DNA of 64,000 nucleotides from Gordonia paraffinivorans (GTDB lineage Bacteria; Actinomycetota; Actinomycetes; Mycobacteriales; Mycobacteriaceae): assembly GCA_036946345.1 (NCBI GenBank), contig JAQIJH010000001.1, positions 41,684-105,683 on the forward strand, read 5' to 3'. The position numbers and the translations under genes were made by a program. Shown here one piece after another: positions 18,209 through 27,997 of this stretch. The notes beneath the pieces are model-generated. The model ran no database searches. It was given only the letters and a program-made list of their open reading frames with translations, and was not told the DNA's origin. The number at the start of each line of letters is the position of its first letter. Positions within the stretch are counted from its first letter, which is position 1.

Positions 18209-21037
18209 ATGGGCCACCCGACCCTGCGTGACGCCGACGCCGCGACCGGAGCGCGTACCCGGCCCGGTCGCCGCCGCCTCTCCGCCACCGAGGTCGCCGA
18301 GGCCGCGGTCCTGGCCGACGTCGCCGCCGCCATCTGCGTCCTGAGTCGCATCCTGCCGATCGCCGGCGCGGCCATGCTCGTCGCATCCATCCCCTTCGCC
18401 GTGCTCGGGATCCGCCGCCGGCTGTCGGTGTGTGTCCTCGCCACGGTCGTCGGGTGGATCGTCGCGTTGCTGTTCGGCGGTTACACGGCCGCGAACATGG
18501 TCGGCGCAGCCGCGATCGCCGGCTGCTTCGCCGGCATCGCGATCCGACGCGAGTGGTCGCCGCCGTCGGTCGTCGTGCGGGCGCTGGTGATCGTCGGCAT
18601 CCCGTCGGCCGCGCTCACCACCGGACTGTTGGCCGTGTTCTCCAGCTATCGCGAGTTCGTCTTCGACAACATCCGGAACGGGCTCGGCGGCACAGCGCGG
18701 CTCTTCGCGAACGCCGGGATCGCGCAGGTGGAGGAGTTCGACGCCGCGGTGCGCCGCTCCCTCGAGGTGTGGCCGGTGACGGTCGCCGTGGTCGGCCTGA
18801 TCGGGTCGACGCTCGGTGCGCTGCTCACCGCGGTGTTCGTGTGGCGGCCGGCGCGGTCGATCGCGCGACGCCTCGGTCCGGTCGCCGCCGACGACGCCCC
18901 CGCGACCGACACCGCGGTGGTGGCCCCGGTCCCGCTGCACGGCCGCGGCATCACGGTCGTGCACCCCGAGAACGTCGTGCCTGCGATCGCCGGTGTCGAC
19001 GTCGACGTGCTGCCAGGGTCGCTGGTCGCGGTGGTGGGGCACAACGGGGCCGGCAAGTCGACGCTCGCCCGCGTCATCTCGGGACGCGTGCCGACCGCCG
19101 GCGAGGTGTGGCGCCCGGGGGCCGTGGGTCTGGGGATGCCCGGTGGCACCGCGATGATCGGCCAGCGACCCGAGACCAGCGTGCTCGGGCTCGCGGTCGG
19201 TGACGACCTTGCCTGGGGTGTCTCGGACATGACGCCGGAGCGGTCGGAGGCGGTCCTCCGTCGTGTCGGACTCGAGCTGGATCTCGACGCGGAGACGTCG
19301 CGGCTCTCCGGCGGGCAGCTCCAGCGGCTCGCCGTCGCGTCGGCGCTCGTCCGCGATCCCGCGCTGCTGGTGAGCGACGAGAGCACCGCGATGATCGACG
19401 CCGCCGGGCGCGACGGACTGATGCGGCTCTACCGCGGCCTGGCCGACGCCGGGACCGCCGTCGTGCACGTGACCCATGAGCCCGCGGAGATGTCCGGCGC
19501 CGACGCCACGGTCGTCGTCCCCGGCGGCACCTGGGAGCCGGCCGTGCCCGTCCCCGACGGCGGCGGCCGATGGCTGCGCGGGGGCGCGGTGCACGTCGAG
19601 GGTCTGCGCTTCGCCCACGACAGTGGGACGCCGTGGCAACGACCGGTGCTCCGGGATGTGTCGATGTCGATCGCGCCCGGGCAGACGGTGCTCGTGACAG
19701 GAGCGAACGGCGCGGGCAAGACCACGCTCGCCCGACTGCTCGCCGGGATCGAGAAGCCGGTCGAGGGAACGGTCCTCGTCGACGGCGAGCCCGTGCGCAA
19801 CGACCGGACATGTGCGCTCTACGGCCACCAGTTCGCACGGCTGTCCCTCGTGCGGTCCCGCGTCCGCGACGACATCTGCGACGCCGCCGGGGTCGACCGC
19901 GCCAACGGTCGCCTGGTCTGGCAGGCGCTGCGGGAGCTTGGACTGGATCCCGCGCAGGTCGCCGAGTCCCGCATCGACCACCTCAGTGTCGGCCAGCAGC
20001 GCCGCGTCGCGCTCGCCGGACTTCTCGCCGCCCGCCCTCGGGTGCTCGTGCTCGACGAGCCGCTCGCCGGCCTCGACACCGCGTCCCGGCACGCCATGGT
20101 CGCGGCGCTCGCCCGGGTCCGTGCCTCGGGCACCACCCTCGTCATCGTCACCCACGACGAGACCGAACTGACGGCCATCGCCGACCGCGTCGTCGAGGTG
20201 ACCTCGCTGACGGAGGTCGACGAACCCCTGCGCGGCAGGGCATCCCGTGCCTCGCTGGTCGGCGTCGTGGGCCGCGTGCTGCCGCAGCCGTCGCCGGCCA
20301 AGCGACTGTGGGTCGGCACGAAGTTGCTCGCGATCGTCGCCACGGCGCTCATGCTCGGGTGGAACCCGTCGTGGACGACCGTCGGCGCGGCGGCACTGCT
20401 GGCGGTGGTGTGGACCGTCGCGGGCCGGATATCGCTCCGGACGCTCCCGCGCCTGCCGTGGTGGGTGCCGGTGGTCACGCTGCTGGGCGGCTCGCTCACC
20501 GCATTCGGTGGGGGCGCGCCCTACGTGACGATCGCCGACGTCCGATTCGGCCTCGGCGGGGCGAGCACCTTCGGGATCCTCATCTGCATCACGATCGTCT
20601 CGCTCTACCTGTCGCTGCTGTTCTGCTGGACGACGCCGATGGTGGAGGTGCCCGCATTCCTGCAACGACTCGTCGGCTGGTTCGCCCGCGTGCGGATCCC
20701 GGTGCAGCCGATCGCTGTCGGGGTGACCGTCGCGTTGCGCCTGCTGCCCTTCCTGCTCACCGACTTCCGCGCGCTGTTGCAGACCATCTCGCAGCGACGC
20801 GATCCCGGTCCGCAGTCGTTGACGCAGCGGGCGGTCCAGTGGAGTGCGTGTCTGCCGATCGTGTGCAGCCTCGCCGTCCAGAACGCCCGCGAGGTGGCGA
20901 CGTCGCTCGACAACCGCGGCGGCATCGGCCCGGTCGCCCGGCGCGATCGCCGACCGGGGGTGGTGGACGTACTGGCCATCGTGGGGATCCTGGCCCTCAC
21001 CATCAGCTGCGCCACGCTCGTCGGAAGTTCTTATTGA
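18209..21037 (+). CDS. Fused ECF-type transporter: DUF2232-like membrane domain + two ABC ATPases + CbiQ/EcfT-like domain
   Basis: N-terminal TM block; GHNGAGKS/LSGGQ/VSDE; GANGAGKT/LSVGQ/VLDEP; C-terminal TM block with ALRLLP and LDNRG. Confidence 0.82.
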   Translation: MGHPTLRDADAATGARTRPGRRRLSATEVAEAAVLADVAAAICVLSRILPIAGAAMLVASIPFAVLGIRRRLSVCVLATVVGWIVALLFGGYTAANMVGAAAIAGCFAGIAIRREWSPPSVVVRALVIVGIPSAALTTGLLAVFSSYREFVFDNIRNGLGGTARLFANAGIAQVEEFDAAVRRSLEVWPVTVAVVGLIGSTLGALLTAVFVWRPARSIARRLGPVAADDAPATDTAVVAPVPLHGRGITVVHPENVVPAIAGVDVDVLPGSLVAVVGHNGAGKSTLARVISGRVPTAGEVWRPGAVGLGMPGGTAMIGQRPETSVLGLAVGDDLAWGVSDMTPERSEAVLRRVGLELDLDAETSRLSGGQLQRLAVASALVRDPALLVSDESTAMIDAAGRDGLMRLYRGLADAGTAVVHVTHEPAEMSGADATVVVPGGTWEPAVPVPDGGGRWLRGGAVHVEGLRFAHDSGTPWQRPVLRDVSMSIAPGQTVLVTGANGAGKTTLARLLAGIEKPVEGTVLVDGEPVRNDRTCALYGHQFARLSLVRSRVRDDICDAAGVDRANGRLVWQALRELGLDPAQVAESRIDHLSVGQQRRVALAGLLAARPRVLVLDEPLAGLDTASRHAMVAALARVRASGTTLVIVTHDETELTAIADRVVEVTSLTEVDEPLRGRASRASLVGVVGRVLPQPSPAKRLWVGTKLLAIVATALMLGWNPSWTTVGAAALLAVVWTVAGRISLRTLPRLPWWVPVVTLLGGSLTAFGGGAPYVTIADVRFGLGGASTFGILICITIVSLYLSLLFCWTTPMVEVPAFLQRLVGWFARVRIPVQPIAVGVTVALRLLPFLLTDFRALLQTISQRRDPGPQSLTQRAVQWSACLPIVCSLAVQNAREVATSLDNRGGIGPVARRDRRPGVVDVLAIVGILALTISCATLVGSSY

Positions 21038-21063
21038 CGACCCGTCAATAAGGTGGGTACCGT
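21030..21063 (+). promoter_or_regulatory. SigA-type promoter overlapped by a perfect palindromic operator
   Basis: CTTATTGACG-ACC-CGTCAATAAG; TTGACG (-35), 18 nt, TACCGT (-10). Confidence 0.6.
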
Positions 21064-21088
21064 GGTCGGCAGATCAGAGAGGATTGCC

Positions 21089-22597
21089 ATGACCCAGGTG
21101 CAGGACCGTTCGACCGGTGGTGCCGGTGACCGTTCGTCGGAGTTCCTCGATGTCGTGATCGTGGGCGCGGGACTCTCGGGCATCGACGCGGCGTACCGCC
21201 TCGCCGAGCGCAACCCGGGCATCCGGTACGCCCTGCTCGAGCAGCGCGACCGCATCGGTGGGACCTGGGACCTGTTCCGCTACCCCGGGATCCGTTCGGA
21301 CAGCGACATCTACACGCTCAGCTACCCGTTCCGGCCGTGGGACGGGGAGAAGAGCATCGCCGACGGTGCGGACATCCGGCAGTACATCGCCGACGCCGCC
21401 GACGAGTACGGCATCACCGAGAGGATCCGCTTCGGTGTCTCGGTGCGCTCGGCCGACTTCGACACCTCGACCGACGAGTGGACCGTCGTGACCGAGGTCG
21501 GTGGGCAGACGCAGACCGTGCGCTGTCGCTTCCTCTTCCTGTGCACCGGCTACTACGACTACAGCGGCGGCTACACCCCCGAGTTCCCCGGCATCGAGGA
21601 CTTCGCGGGTACGGTCGTGCACCCCCAGAAGTGGCCCGAGGACCTCGACTACACGGGCAAGAACGTCGTCGTGATCGGCAGTGGTGCAACGGCCATCACC
21701 CTGATCCCGTCGATGTCGCGGGACGCCGCGAAGGTGACCATGTTGCAGCGGTCGCCCACGTACATCACGATCCTGCCGTCGAAGGACAAGATCGCCCTCG
21801 CGCTGCGCAAGCGGTTGCCCGCGACCCTGGCGCACCGCATCGTGCGGTTCAAGAACGCCGGCATCGCCCTGGCGTTCTACCTGTACTGCCGGAAGTACCC
21901 CGACTCGGCGCGTGCGCGCCTGCGCGGTCTGGCCAAGCGGGTGCTGCCCGACGACTACGACGTCGACACGCACTTCAACCCGACCTACAACCCGTGGGAC
22001 CAGCGACTGTGCGTCATCCCCGACGGTGACCTGTACCGGGCCATCAAGAAGGGGAAGGCCGACATCGTCACCGACACGATCGCGTCGTTCGACGCGACCG
22101 GTGTCCGCCTCTCGTCCGGGGACCACCTCGACGCCGACATCGTCGTCACCGCAACCGGTCTGCAGCTGCTCGTGTTCGGCGGGATCCGGCTGTCGATCGA
22201 CGGCGAGGAGATGAAGCCCAACGAGCACGTCCTCTACCGCGGTCGCATGCTGGACGGTGTCCCCAACTTCGCGTGGACGTTCGGCTACACGAACGCGTCG
22301 TGGACGCTGCGCGCCGATCTGACGTCGAAGGCTGTCGCCGAGCTCATCGCGTACATGGGCGAGAACGGCTACACACACGCCTTCCCCGACCGTGGTGACG
22401 CGCCCCTGCCCGAGGAGCCGATGGTCGACCTCAAGTCGGGGTACATCGCACGGTCGGTGGGCACGATGCCGCGGTCGGCGCCCGAGCAGCCGTGGCGTGT
22501 CCGCGCGAACGTCGTCCTCGACACCATCGACGAGAAGCGCGGCAAGGTGACCGACGCGATGACCTTCGGACGGGTGCGTCAGACCGCCGACGTCTGA
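21089..22597 (+). CDS. Flavin-containing Baeyer-Villiger monooxygenase (EthA-like)
   Basis: GAGLSG, GGTWDLFRYPGIRSDSD, FAGTVVHPQKWP, GSGATA, PWDQRLC, GYTNASWTL. Confidence 0.92.
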   Translation: MTQVQDRSTGGAGDRSSEFLDVVIVGAGLSGIDAAYRLAERNPGIRYALLEQRDRIGGTWDLFRYPGIRSDSDIYTLSYPFRPWDGEKSIADGADIRQYIADAADEYGITERIRFGVSVRSADFDTSTDEWTVVTEVGGQTQTVRCRFLFLCTGYYDYSGGYTPEFPGIEDFAGTVVHPQKWPEDLDYTGKNVVVIGSGATAITLIPSMSRDAAKVTMLQRSPTYITILPSKDKIALALRKRLPATLAHRIVRFKNAGIALAFYLYCRKYPDSARARLRGLAKRVLPDDYDVDTHFNPTYNPWDQRLCVIPDGDLYRAIKKGKADIVTDTIASFDATGVRLSSGDHLDADIVVTATGLQLLVFGGIRLSIDGEEMKPNEHVLYRGRMLDGVPNFAWTFGYTNASWTLRADLTSKAVAELIAYMGENGYTHAFPDRGDAPLPEEPMVDLKSGYIARSVGTMPRSAPEQPWRVRANVVLDTIDEKRGKVTDAMTFGRVRQTADV

Positions 22598-22603
22598 GCC
22601 GGA

Positions 22604-23389
22604 CTACCGGGCGGTGAGGTGTTCCCGGACGGCCGGGAGCACCGTCGCCGTCGCGGCGAGCGTCGTGGCGTGGTCGGTCCCGTCGACGACCAGCAGTCGA
22701 CAGTCGGGGATGGTCGCCGCCACGTGACGGCTGTCCTCGAGGCGCCCGTCGTCTGCAGATCCGACGAACGTCAGTGTCGGGGCGGTGATCTCGGCCAGTT
22801 CGGCGTCGGGCACACCCGGCTCCGCGTCGACGCTGGTCATGTACGCCGCGAGCGCTTCGGGGTCGTTGGCCTCGAACGCCGCTCTGCTCCCGGGGTCGAG
22901 TGTCGTGCCGCGCTGTCGCTGCCATCCGTCGAGGAACGCCGCGGTCCCCTCGTCGCGCAGGACGGCGACGCATCCGGGGAAGAACAGGTCGTCGAACGCG
23001 CCGCGCAGCGGCCGAGAGCTGGTGCCGCCCAGCACCAGTCGGTTCAGACGGTCCGGGTGCGTCGCGGCGTAGGTGAGCGCCACCCGTGATCCCAGCGAAT
23101 AGCCGACGAGGCTGACGCGGTCGAGTCCGAGGCTGTCGAGCACGGCGACGATGTCGCCGACCAGACGGCCCATCCCGTACGCGGCCGGATCACGGGGCTT
23201 GTCGCTGTGCCCGTGGCCGCGGAAGTCGGGCATCACCAACCGGTGGTCGTCGCGGAGCGCGGTCACGTATCCGAACGACCGCCAGACGGCCTGCGACAGG
23301 CCGCTCGGGTGCAGCAGCACCACGGGGTCGCCGTCCCCGACCTCGCGGTAGGCGATGGAGACACCGTCGGGGCCGGAGACGCGATCCAT
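22604..23389 (-). CDS. Alpha/beta hydrolase
   Basis: DFRGHGHSDKP, GYSLG nucleophile elbow, GTDH. Confidence 0.87.
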   Translation of the reverse strand: MDRVSGPDGVSIAYREVGDGDPVVLLHPSGLSQAVWRSFGYVTALRDDHRLVMPDFRGHGHSDKPRDPAAYGMGRLVGDIVAVLDSLGLDRVSLVGYSLGSRVALTYAATHPDRLNRLVLGGTSSRPLRGAFDDLFFPGCVAVLRDEGTAAFLDGWQRQRGTTLDPGSRAAFEANDPEALAAYMTSVDAEPGVPDAELAEITAPTLTFVGSADDGRLEDSRHVAATIPDCRLLVVDGTDHATTLAATATVLPAVREHLTAR

Positions 23390-23413
23390 GCCGAGCAGGG
23401 TAGACACATCGGC

Positions 23414-24055
23414 GTGATCACCGCCTCGCCGACGTTCCTCGCCCTCGATCTCACCGGCACCTTCGCGTTCGCGTTGAACGGTGCGTGGACGGCGATGCGG
23501 GTGGCCCGGCTCGACATCGTCGGGGTGGTGACGCTCGGGATGCTCACCGCGCTGGGTGGTGGCTTCATCCGTGACACCATCCTCGACGCGTTGCCGCCCG
23601 CCACGTTCGCCGACTGGCGGTATCTGGTGGTCGCCGCGGCCGGCGCCCTGGTGGCGTTCGCGTCGGGTCACGTCGCCGACCGGCTCGCGACGCCGATCCT
23701 CGTCCTCGACGCCGCCGGGCTGAGCCTGTTCGCGGTCAGCGGGGCGTTGAAGGGCGTGGGTTTCGAGGTCGGGGTGCTGCAGGCGGTGATCCTCGGCGTC
23801 ATCACCGCGGTCGGCGGCGGCACCCTGCGCGACGTCCTGATCCGTCGGATCCCGGCCGTCCTGACCAGCGGCCTCTACGCGATCCCCGCGCTGGTCGGCG
23901 CTCTGGTCGTGGTCGGGGGAACGCAGCTGGGCGTCGCCGCCCTCCCGTCCGCGATCGCTGGTGCCGCTCTGTGTTTCGCGATCCGCATGGCCGGCGTGCA
24001 CTTCGGCGTCAACGCGCCCGGTCCGATCGGCCGCGCTCGCGGCGGCGATCGGTAG
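23414..24055 (+). CDS. UPF0126/TRIC-family membrane protein
   Basis: Duplicated TALGGGFIRD / TAVGGGTLRDVL motifs. Confidence 0.9.
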   Translation: MITASPTFLALDLTGTFAFALNGAWTAMRVARLDIVGVVTLGMLTALGGGFIRDTILDALPPATFADWRYLVVAAAGALVAFASGHVADRLATPILVLDAAGLSLFAVSGALKGVGFEVGVLQAVILGVITAVGGGTLRDVLIRRIPAVLTSGLYAIPALVGALVVVGGTQLGVAALPSAIAGAALCFAIRMAGVHFGVNAPGPIGRARGGDR

Positions 24056-24084
24056 CGATCCTTCCCGCTCAGCGGGAACAATCG

Positions 24085-25329
24085 CTACGGACTCGAGCGC
24101 GGTGCCAGGGTCCCGATGACCGCGCGGGCGGTGTCGGCGACGACGTCGCGGTCGGTGGTGATGCACCACCGCACGGCGCCTCGGGGATCCGTGGGGGTCC
24201 GCGGTGCGGCGATCACCGCGACCGCGTGGTCGGCGCCGATGGACGCCACGGCGAAGGCGCCGGGGTCGGGCAGCTCGGGCGATCGGGGACCGCGGACTCC
24301 GGGGCGCGGCGACGGGCCCAGACCCGGGGCGCTGATGCCGACGAACGCGTGACGACCCGCGAGACCGCGGTAGCGTCCCGCGATCTCGGCGGAGAGGTGC
24401 CGGGCGCCGTGCATCATGGCGACGACGCACCCCGCGCGGTGTTCCGACGCCGCCATCGACTCGACCAGCGCGCACGCCTCGACCGCCTCACGGGCGTCGC
24501 CCACCGCGGAGGGCGCGTCGTCGAGGATGTCGGTGAGCGATCGGATGCGACCACGGCGGTGGTCGACGAGGCGCATCGGGGACGCCTCCGCAGGACGCTC
24601 CGGAAGAGGTCCGGGACGTCCGTACCGGTAGCCCTGGGCGAGCGTCGCACCCATCGACAGCGCGCAGTTCGCGTGCTCGGCGGTCTCCACACCCTCGGCG
24701 AGGATGACCGACCCGCGCCGCCGCGCGAGGTCGCCGGCTGCGCTGATGGCGCGCGCCGCCTCCAACCCGTGCGCCGACATCTGCGTCAGGCTGCGATCGA
24801 GCTTCACGACGTCGGGTGCGATCACGTCGAGCAGGGCCAGGCACTCCGGCAGGGCGCCGACGTCGTCGAGGGCGATGCCGAACCCGAGCGAGCGAGCCCA
24901 CTCGACACCTGCGACGACGGCGGGCGGGTCCTGGAGCAGGGTGCGCTCGGTCAGTTCGAGGATCACCTGGATCCCGGTCTCCACGCCGGCGGGATCGGTG
25001 AGGGTCGGCGTCGGCCCCCACGGTGGCGGCGCGGAGATGCAGTCCGGTTCGACGTTGACGAAGACATGGCGCGCGCTGCCGGGTCCGCGACGGTGCACGC
25101 CCTCGACGGCGCGTCGACGGCACCACCAGTCCATGGTCGCGGCCGACCCGCTTCGCCGCGCCGCGTCGAAGGCCTCCAGGGGCGAGATGTCGGGCAGGCC
25201 GGGCCAGCGCGCGAGAGCCTCGTACCCTGCGGTCCGTCCCGTGGTGGGCTCGACCACGGGTTGGAAGACGGGCGCGACGCAGGACGGATCGCCCAGGATG
25301 GCCGACATCCCGGATCGCGGTGTGCGCAT
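24085..25329 (-). CDS. EAL-domain c-di-GMP phosphodiesterase with C-terminal DICT-like domain
   Basis: FQPVV, GYEALARW, FVNVEP, LELTER, ALDDVG, VKLDRS, AEGVET, QGYRYG. Confidence 0.85.
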   Translation of the reverse strand: MRTPRSGMSAILGDPSCVAPVFQPVVEPTTGRTAGYEALARWPGLPDISPLEAFDAARRSGSAATMDWWCRRRAVEGVHRRGPGSARHVFVNVEPDCISAPPPWGPTPTLTDPAGVETGIQVILELTERTLLQDPPAVVAGVEWARSLGFGIALDDVGALPECLALLDVIAPDVVKLDRSLTQMSAHGLEAARAISAAGDLARRRGSVILAEGVETAEHANCALSMGATLAQGYRYGRPGPLPERPAEASPMRLVDHRRGRIRSLTDILDDAPSAVGDAREAVEACALVESMAASEHRAGCVVAMMHGARHLSAEIAGRYRGLAGRHAFVGISAPGLGPSPRPGVRGPRSPELPDPGAFAVASIGADHAVAVIAAPRTPTDPRGAVRWCITTDRDVVADTARAVIGTLAPRSSP

Positions 25330-25467
25330 GTGTGGATCCCCCGAACTGCTGCCCGCGGTGTCCCCCGAAACCGCTACAGGGCTCAGACTAGTGCACCCCC
25401 CGACGGGCTGCGGTCACGCACATCTGCTGCGCGATCCTGCAGTGGCCCTACGGGTAACGTGCGTCAC

Positions 25468-26079
25468 ATGGCTGTGGCTGACGAGGTGCCCGGGTCACCG
25501 GGCTCGAGCCTGGTCTCGCGCCTGCAGGTGGTGCGGGAAGCGGTCCTCTGGAAGATCGAGGGCGTCGACGAGTACGACCTCCGGCGTCCGCTCACCGAGA
25601 CCGGGACGAACCTGCTGGGGCTCGTGAAACACCTGGCGGCGGTCGAGTTCGACTACTTCGGTGACGTGTTCGGCCGCCCGCCGACGATCGCCCGGCCATG
25701 GTCCGACAGCGAGGACGAGAACGCGGACATGTGGGCAACGGCGGACGAATCGGTCGAGGACGTCGTTGGTTGGTACCGGTCCGCGTGGTCGCACGCCGAC
25801 GAGACCTTCGAGCACCTCGATCTCGATGCGCGAGGCGTCGTCCCGTGGTGGACACCGGAGCGTCGCGACGTCACGCTCGGCTCGGTGCTCGTCCACGTCC
25901 TCGCCGAGACCGCCCGACCTGCGGGCCACGCCGACATACTCCGTGAGTCCCTCGACGGCGCAGCAGGATTCGTGGTCGGCAACGACAACCTGACACACCC
26001 CGACGCCGAGGGACGCGCCGCGTACGTGCGACGACTGCAGGAGGTGGCGCAGGACGCCGCCGGGAGAGGACGACCATGA
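25468..26079 (+). CDS. DinB/DUF664-family protein
   Basis: GTNLLGLVKHLA, ENADMWA, HVLAETARPAGHADILRE. Confidence 0.85.
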   Translation: MAVADEVPGSPGSSLVSRLQVVREAVLWKIEGVDEYDLRRPLTETGTNLLGLVKHLAAVEFDYFGDVFGRPPTIARPWSDSEDENADMWATADESVEDVVGWYRSAWSHADETFEHLDLDARGVVPWWTPERRDVTLGSVLVHVLAETARPAGHADILRESLDGAAGFVVGNDNLTHPDAEGRAAYVRRLQEVAQDAAGRGRP

Positions 26080-27443
26080 CAGACGACAACGGTGTCGGCG
26101 CCACGGCGCCCGGACGGGCGCGGCAGAACGCGATCTACACAGCCGGCGTCTTCGGTGACCGGCCCCGCATCCCGGCCGACTTCGCGGAGCTGGAGCGGCG
26201 GGCACGCGCGGCGATGTCGGAACGGGCGTGGGCCTACATCGCGGGTGGGGCGGGCGAGGGCTCGACGATGACCGCGAACCGTACGGCGTTCAGCCGGTGG
26301 GAGATCGTCCCGCGGGTGCTGCGTGACGTCTCCCGCCGCGACCTGTCCGTCGAGCTGTTCGGCCACCGGCTCCCCGCGCCCGTGCTGTTCGCCCCGGTGG
26401 GTGCCGGCGAGCTCGCCCGGCCGAACTCCGACGTCCTGATCGGGGAGGCGGCCGCGGAACTCGGTGTGCCGTACATCTTCTCGAATCAGGGGTGCTCGCC
26501 GATGGAGGAGACCGCGGCCGCGATGGATGCCGTCCGCCCCGGTGCACCGCGGTGGTTCCAGCTCTACTGGTCGACCGACGACGACCTCGTCACGAGCCTC
26601 GTCCACCGCGCGGAGTCGATGGGGGCGCAGGCCGTCGTCGTCACCCTCGACACCACGATGCTCGGCTGGCGCCCACAGGACCTCAACATCGGGTCGCTGC
26701 CGTTCGCCCGCGCCGAGGGCATCGCCCAGTACACCTCGGACCCGCGGTTCCGGGACATCGTCACCGCGCGTCTCGCCGCACCGGATCGCCCTGCCGGCCC
26801 GAAGGTCCGGGTGACCCGGTCGGCGGTCGCGGCGCTCGCGTCGATGGCGCGCAGGGTTCCGGGACCGTTCCTCGCCAACCTCCGCTCACCGGTTCCACGG
26901 GAGTCGGTGCAGACCTTCCTCGACATCTACTCGCGGCCGTCGCTGAATTGGGACGACATCGCCGGACTGTGCGACCGCACAGAACTGCCCGTCGTGCTGA
27001 AGGGGATCCTCCACCCCGACGACGCCGCCCGTGCCGTCGACATCGGTGTCGGCGGCATCGTGGTCTCGAACCACGGCGGTCGACAGGTTGACGGGTCGAT
27101 CGCGGCGCTCGACGCGTTGCCGGGCATCGCGGAGGCGGTCCGGGGCCGCGCCCACGTGCTGTTCGACTCCGGCGTCCGCACCGGTTCCGACGCCTACAAG
27201 GCGCTGGCGCTGGGGGCCGACGCCGTGTGCGTCGGACGGCCCCACATGTACGGGCTGGCGATCGACGGTCGCGACGGCGCCCGGGATGCGGTCGCGAACA
27301 TCATCGCCGAACTCGATCTCACGCTGGGTCTGGCGGGGCAGACGTCCGTCGCCGAGTTGTCGGCGGATGTGGTGCGCCGCGCCGACTGCGGATGTGGTCA
27401 GTCGAGCCACACCGACCGTGCGCCACTGTCGCCGACGAGGTAG
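26076..27443 (+). CDS. FMN-dependent alpha-hydroxy acid oxidase (lactate 2-monooxygenase-like)
   Basis: AYIAGGAG, WFQLYW, LKGILHPDDA, SNHGGRQVD, DSGVRTG. Confidence 0.9.
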   Translation: MTDDNGVGATAPGRARQNAIYTAGVFGDRPRIPADFAELERRARAAMSERAWAYIAGGAGEGSTMTANRTAFSRWEIVPRVLRDVSRRDLSVELFGHRLPAPVLFAPVGAGELARPNSDVLIGEAAAELGVPYIFSNQGCSPMEETAAAMDAVRPGAPRWFQLYWSTDDDLVTSLVHRAESMGAQAVVVTLDTTMLGWRPQDLNIGSLPFARAEGIAQYTSDPRFRDIVTARLAAPDRPAGPKVRVTRSAVAALASMARRVPGPFLANLRSPVPRESVQTFLDIYSRPSLNWDDIAGLCDRTELPVVLKGILHPDDAARAVDIGVGGIVVSNHGGRQVDGSIAALDALPGIAEAVRGRAHVLFDSGVRTGSDAYKALALGADAVCVGRPHMYGLAIDGRDGARDAVANIIAELDLTLGLAGQTSVAELSADVVRRADCGCGQSSHTDRAPLSPTR

Positions 27444-27874
27444 ACCGTCACGATCGCGCCGACCCCGAACACCACGACGGCGAGACCGAACGCCCAGGCG
27501 GACAGGGTGATCGCACGCGTCGGGAGAGTCACGGGGACGCGGCTCATGATCGCCGGCGTGTGCAGCGCCCAGAACAGCACCACGAACACGAACAGCGGCG
27601 CGACCCAGATGATCATCGTGTCGCCGAGCTCGACGTGATCGGCGAGATCGGGGTTCAGCGGCATCCGTGACTTCTCCAGGGCCTCACCGGCGCTGGTGGT
27701 CAGCGGCGTCATCACGACGGCGACGAGCCCGACGATCGGGGCGATGATCCCGATCCGTCGGCGGGCCGCGGGCCAGACCACCGCCACGATCCCCAGGAGG
27801 GCGGCGAGGGGGATCGCCACGACGGTCAGGTGCACGAACAGCGGGTGCGCGGGGATGCCCCCGATGGTGTCCAC
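27398..27874 (-). CDS. DUF2231-like membrane protein
   Basis: GIPAHPLFVHLTVVAIP, DHVELG, GDSGARSVW. Confidence 0.78.
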   Translation of the reverse strand: MDTIGGIPAHPLFVHLTVVAIPLAALLGIVAVVWPAARRRIGIIAPIVGLVAVVMTPLTTSAGEALEKSRMPLNPDLADHVELGDTMIIWVAPLFVFVVLFWALHTPAIMSRVPVTLPTRAITLSAWAFGLAVVVFGVGAIVTVYLVGDSGARSVWLD

Positions 27875-27997
27875 GGGGCCGATCGTAGGTCGCGACTGCA
27901 CGCGTGCGGGTCTTTCGCGCGAACGTCGCGATGAGTTTCGCGTGACCCCGGGGTCTGTCCCGATGTCACCTCCACACCGAGCCCTCCGGGAGTCACC

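Noticed and set aside
18011-20665. 884-aa minus-strand ORF and many other long Arg/Pro-rich ORFs in the track
   Set aside because: Shadow frames of real high-GC genes; no motifs, and they fully overlap better-supported CDSs.
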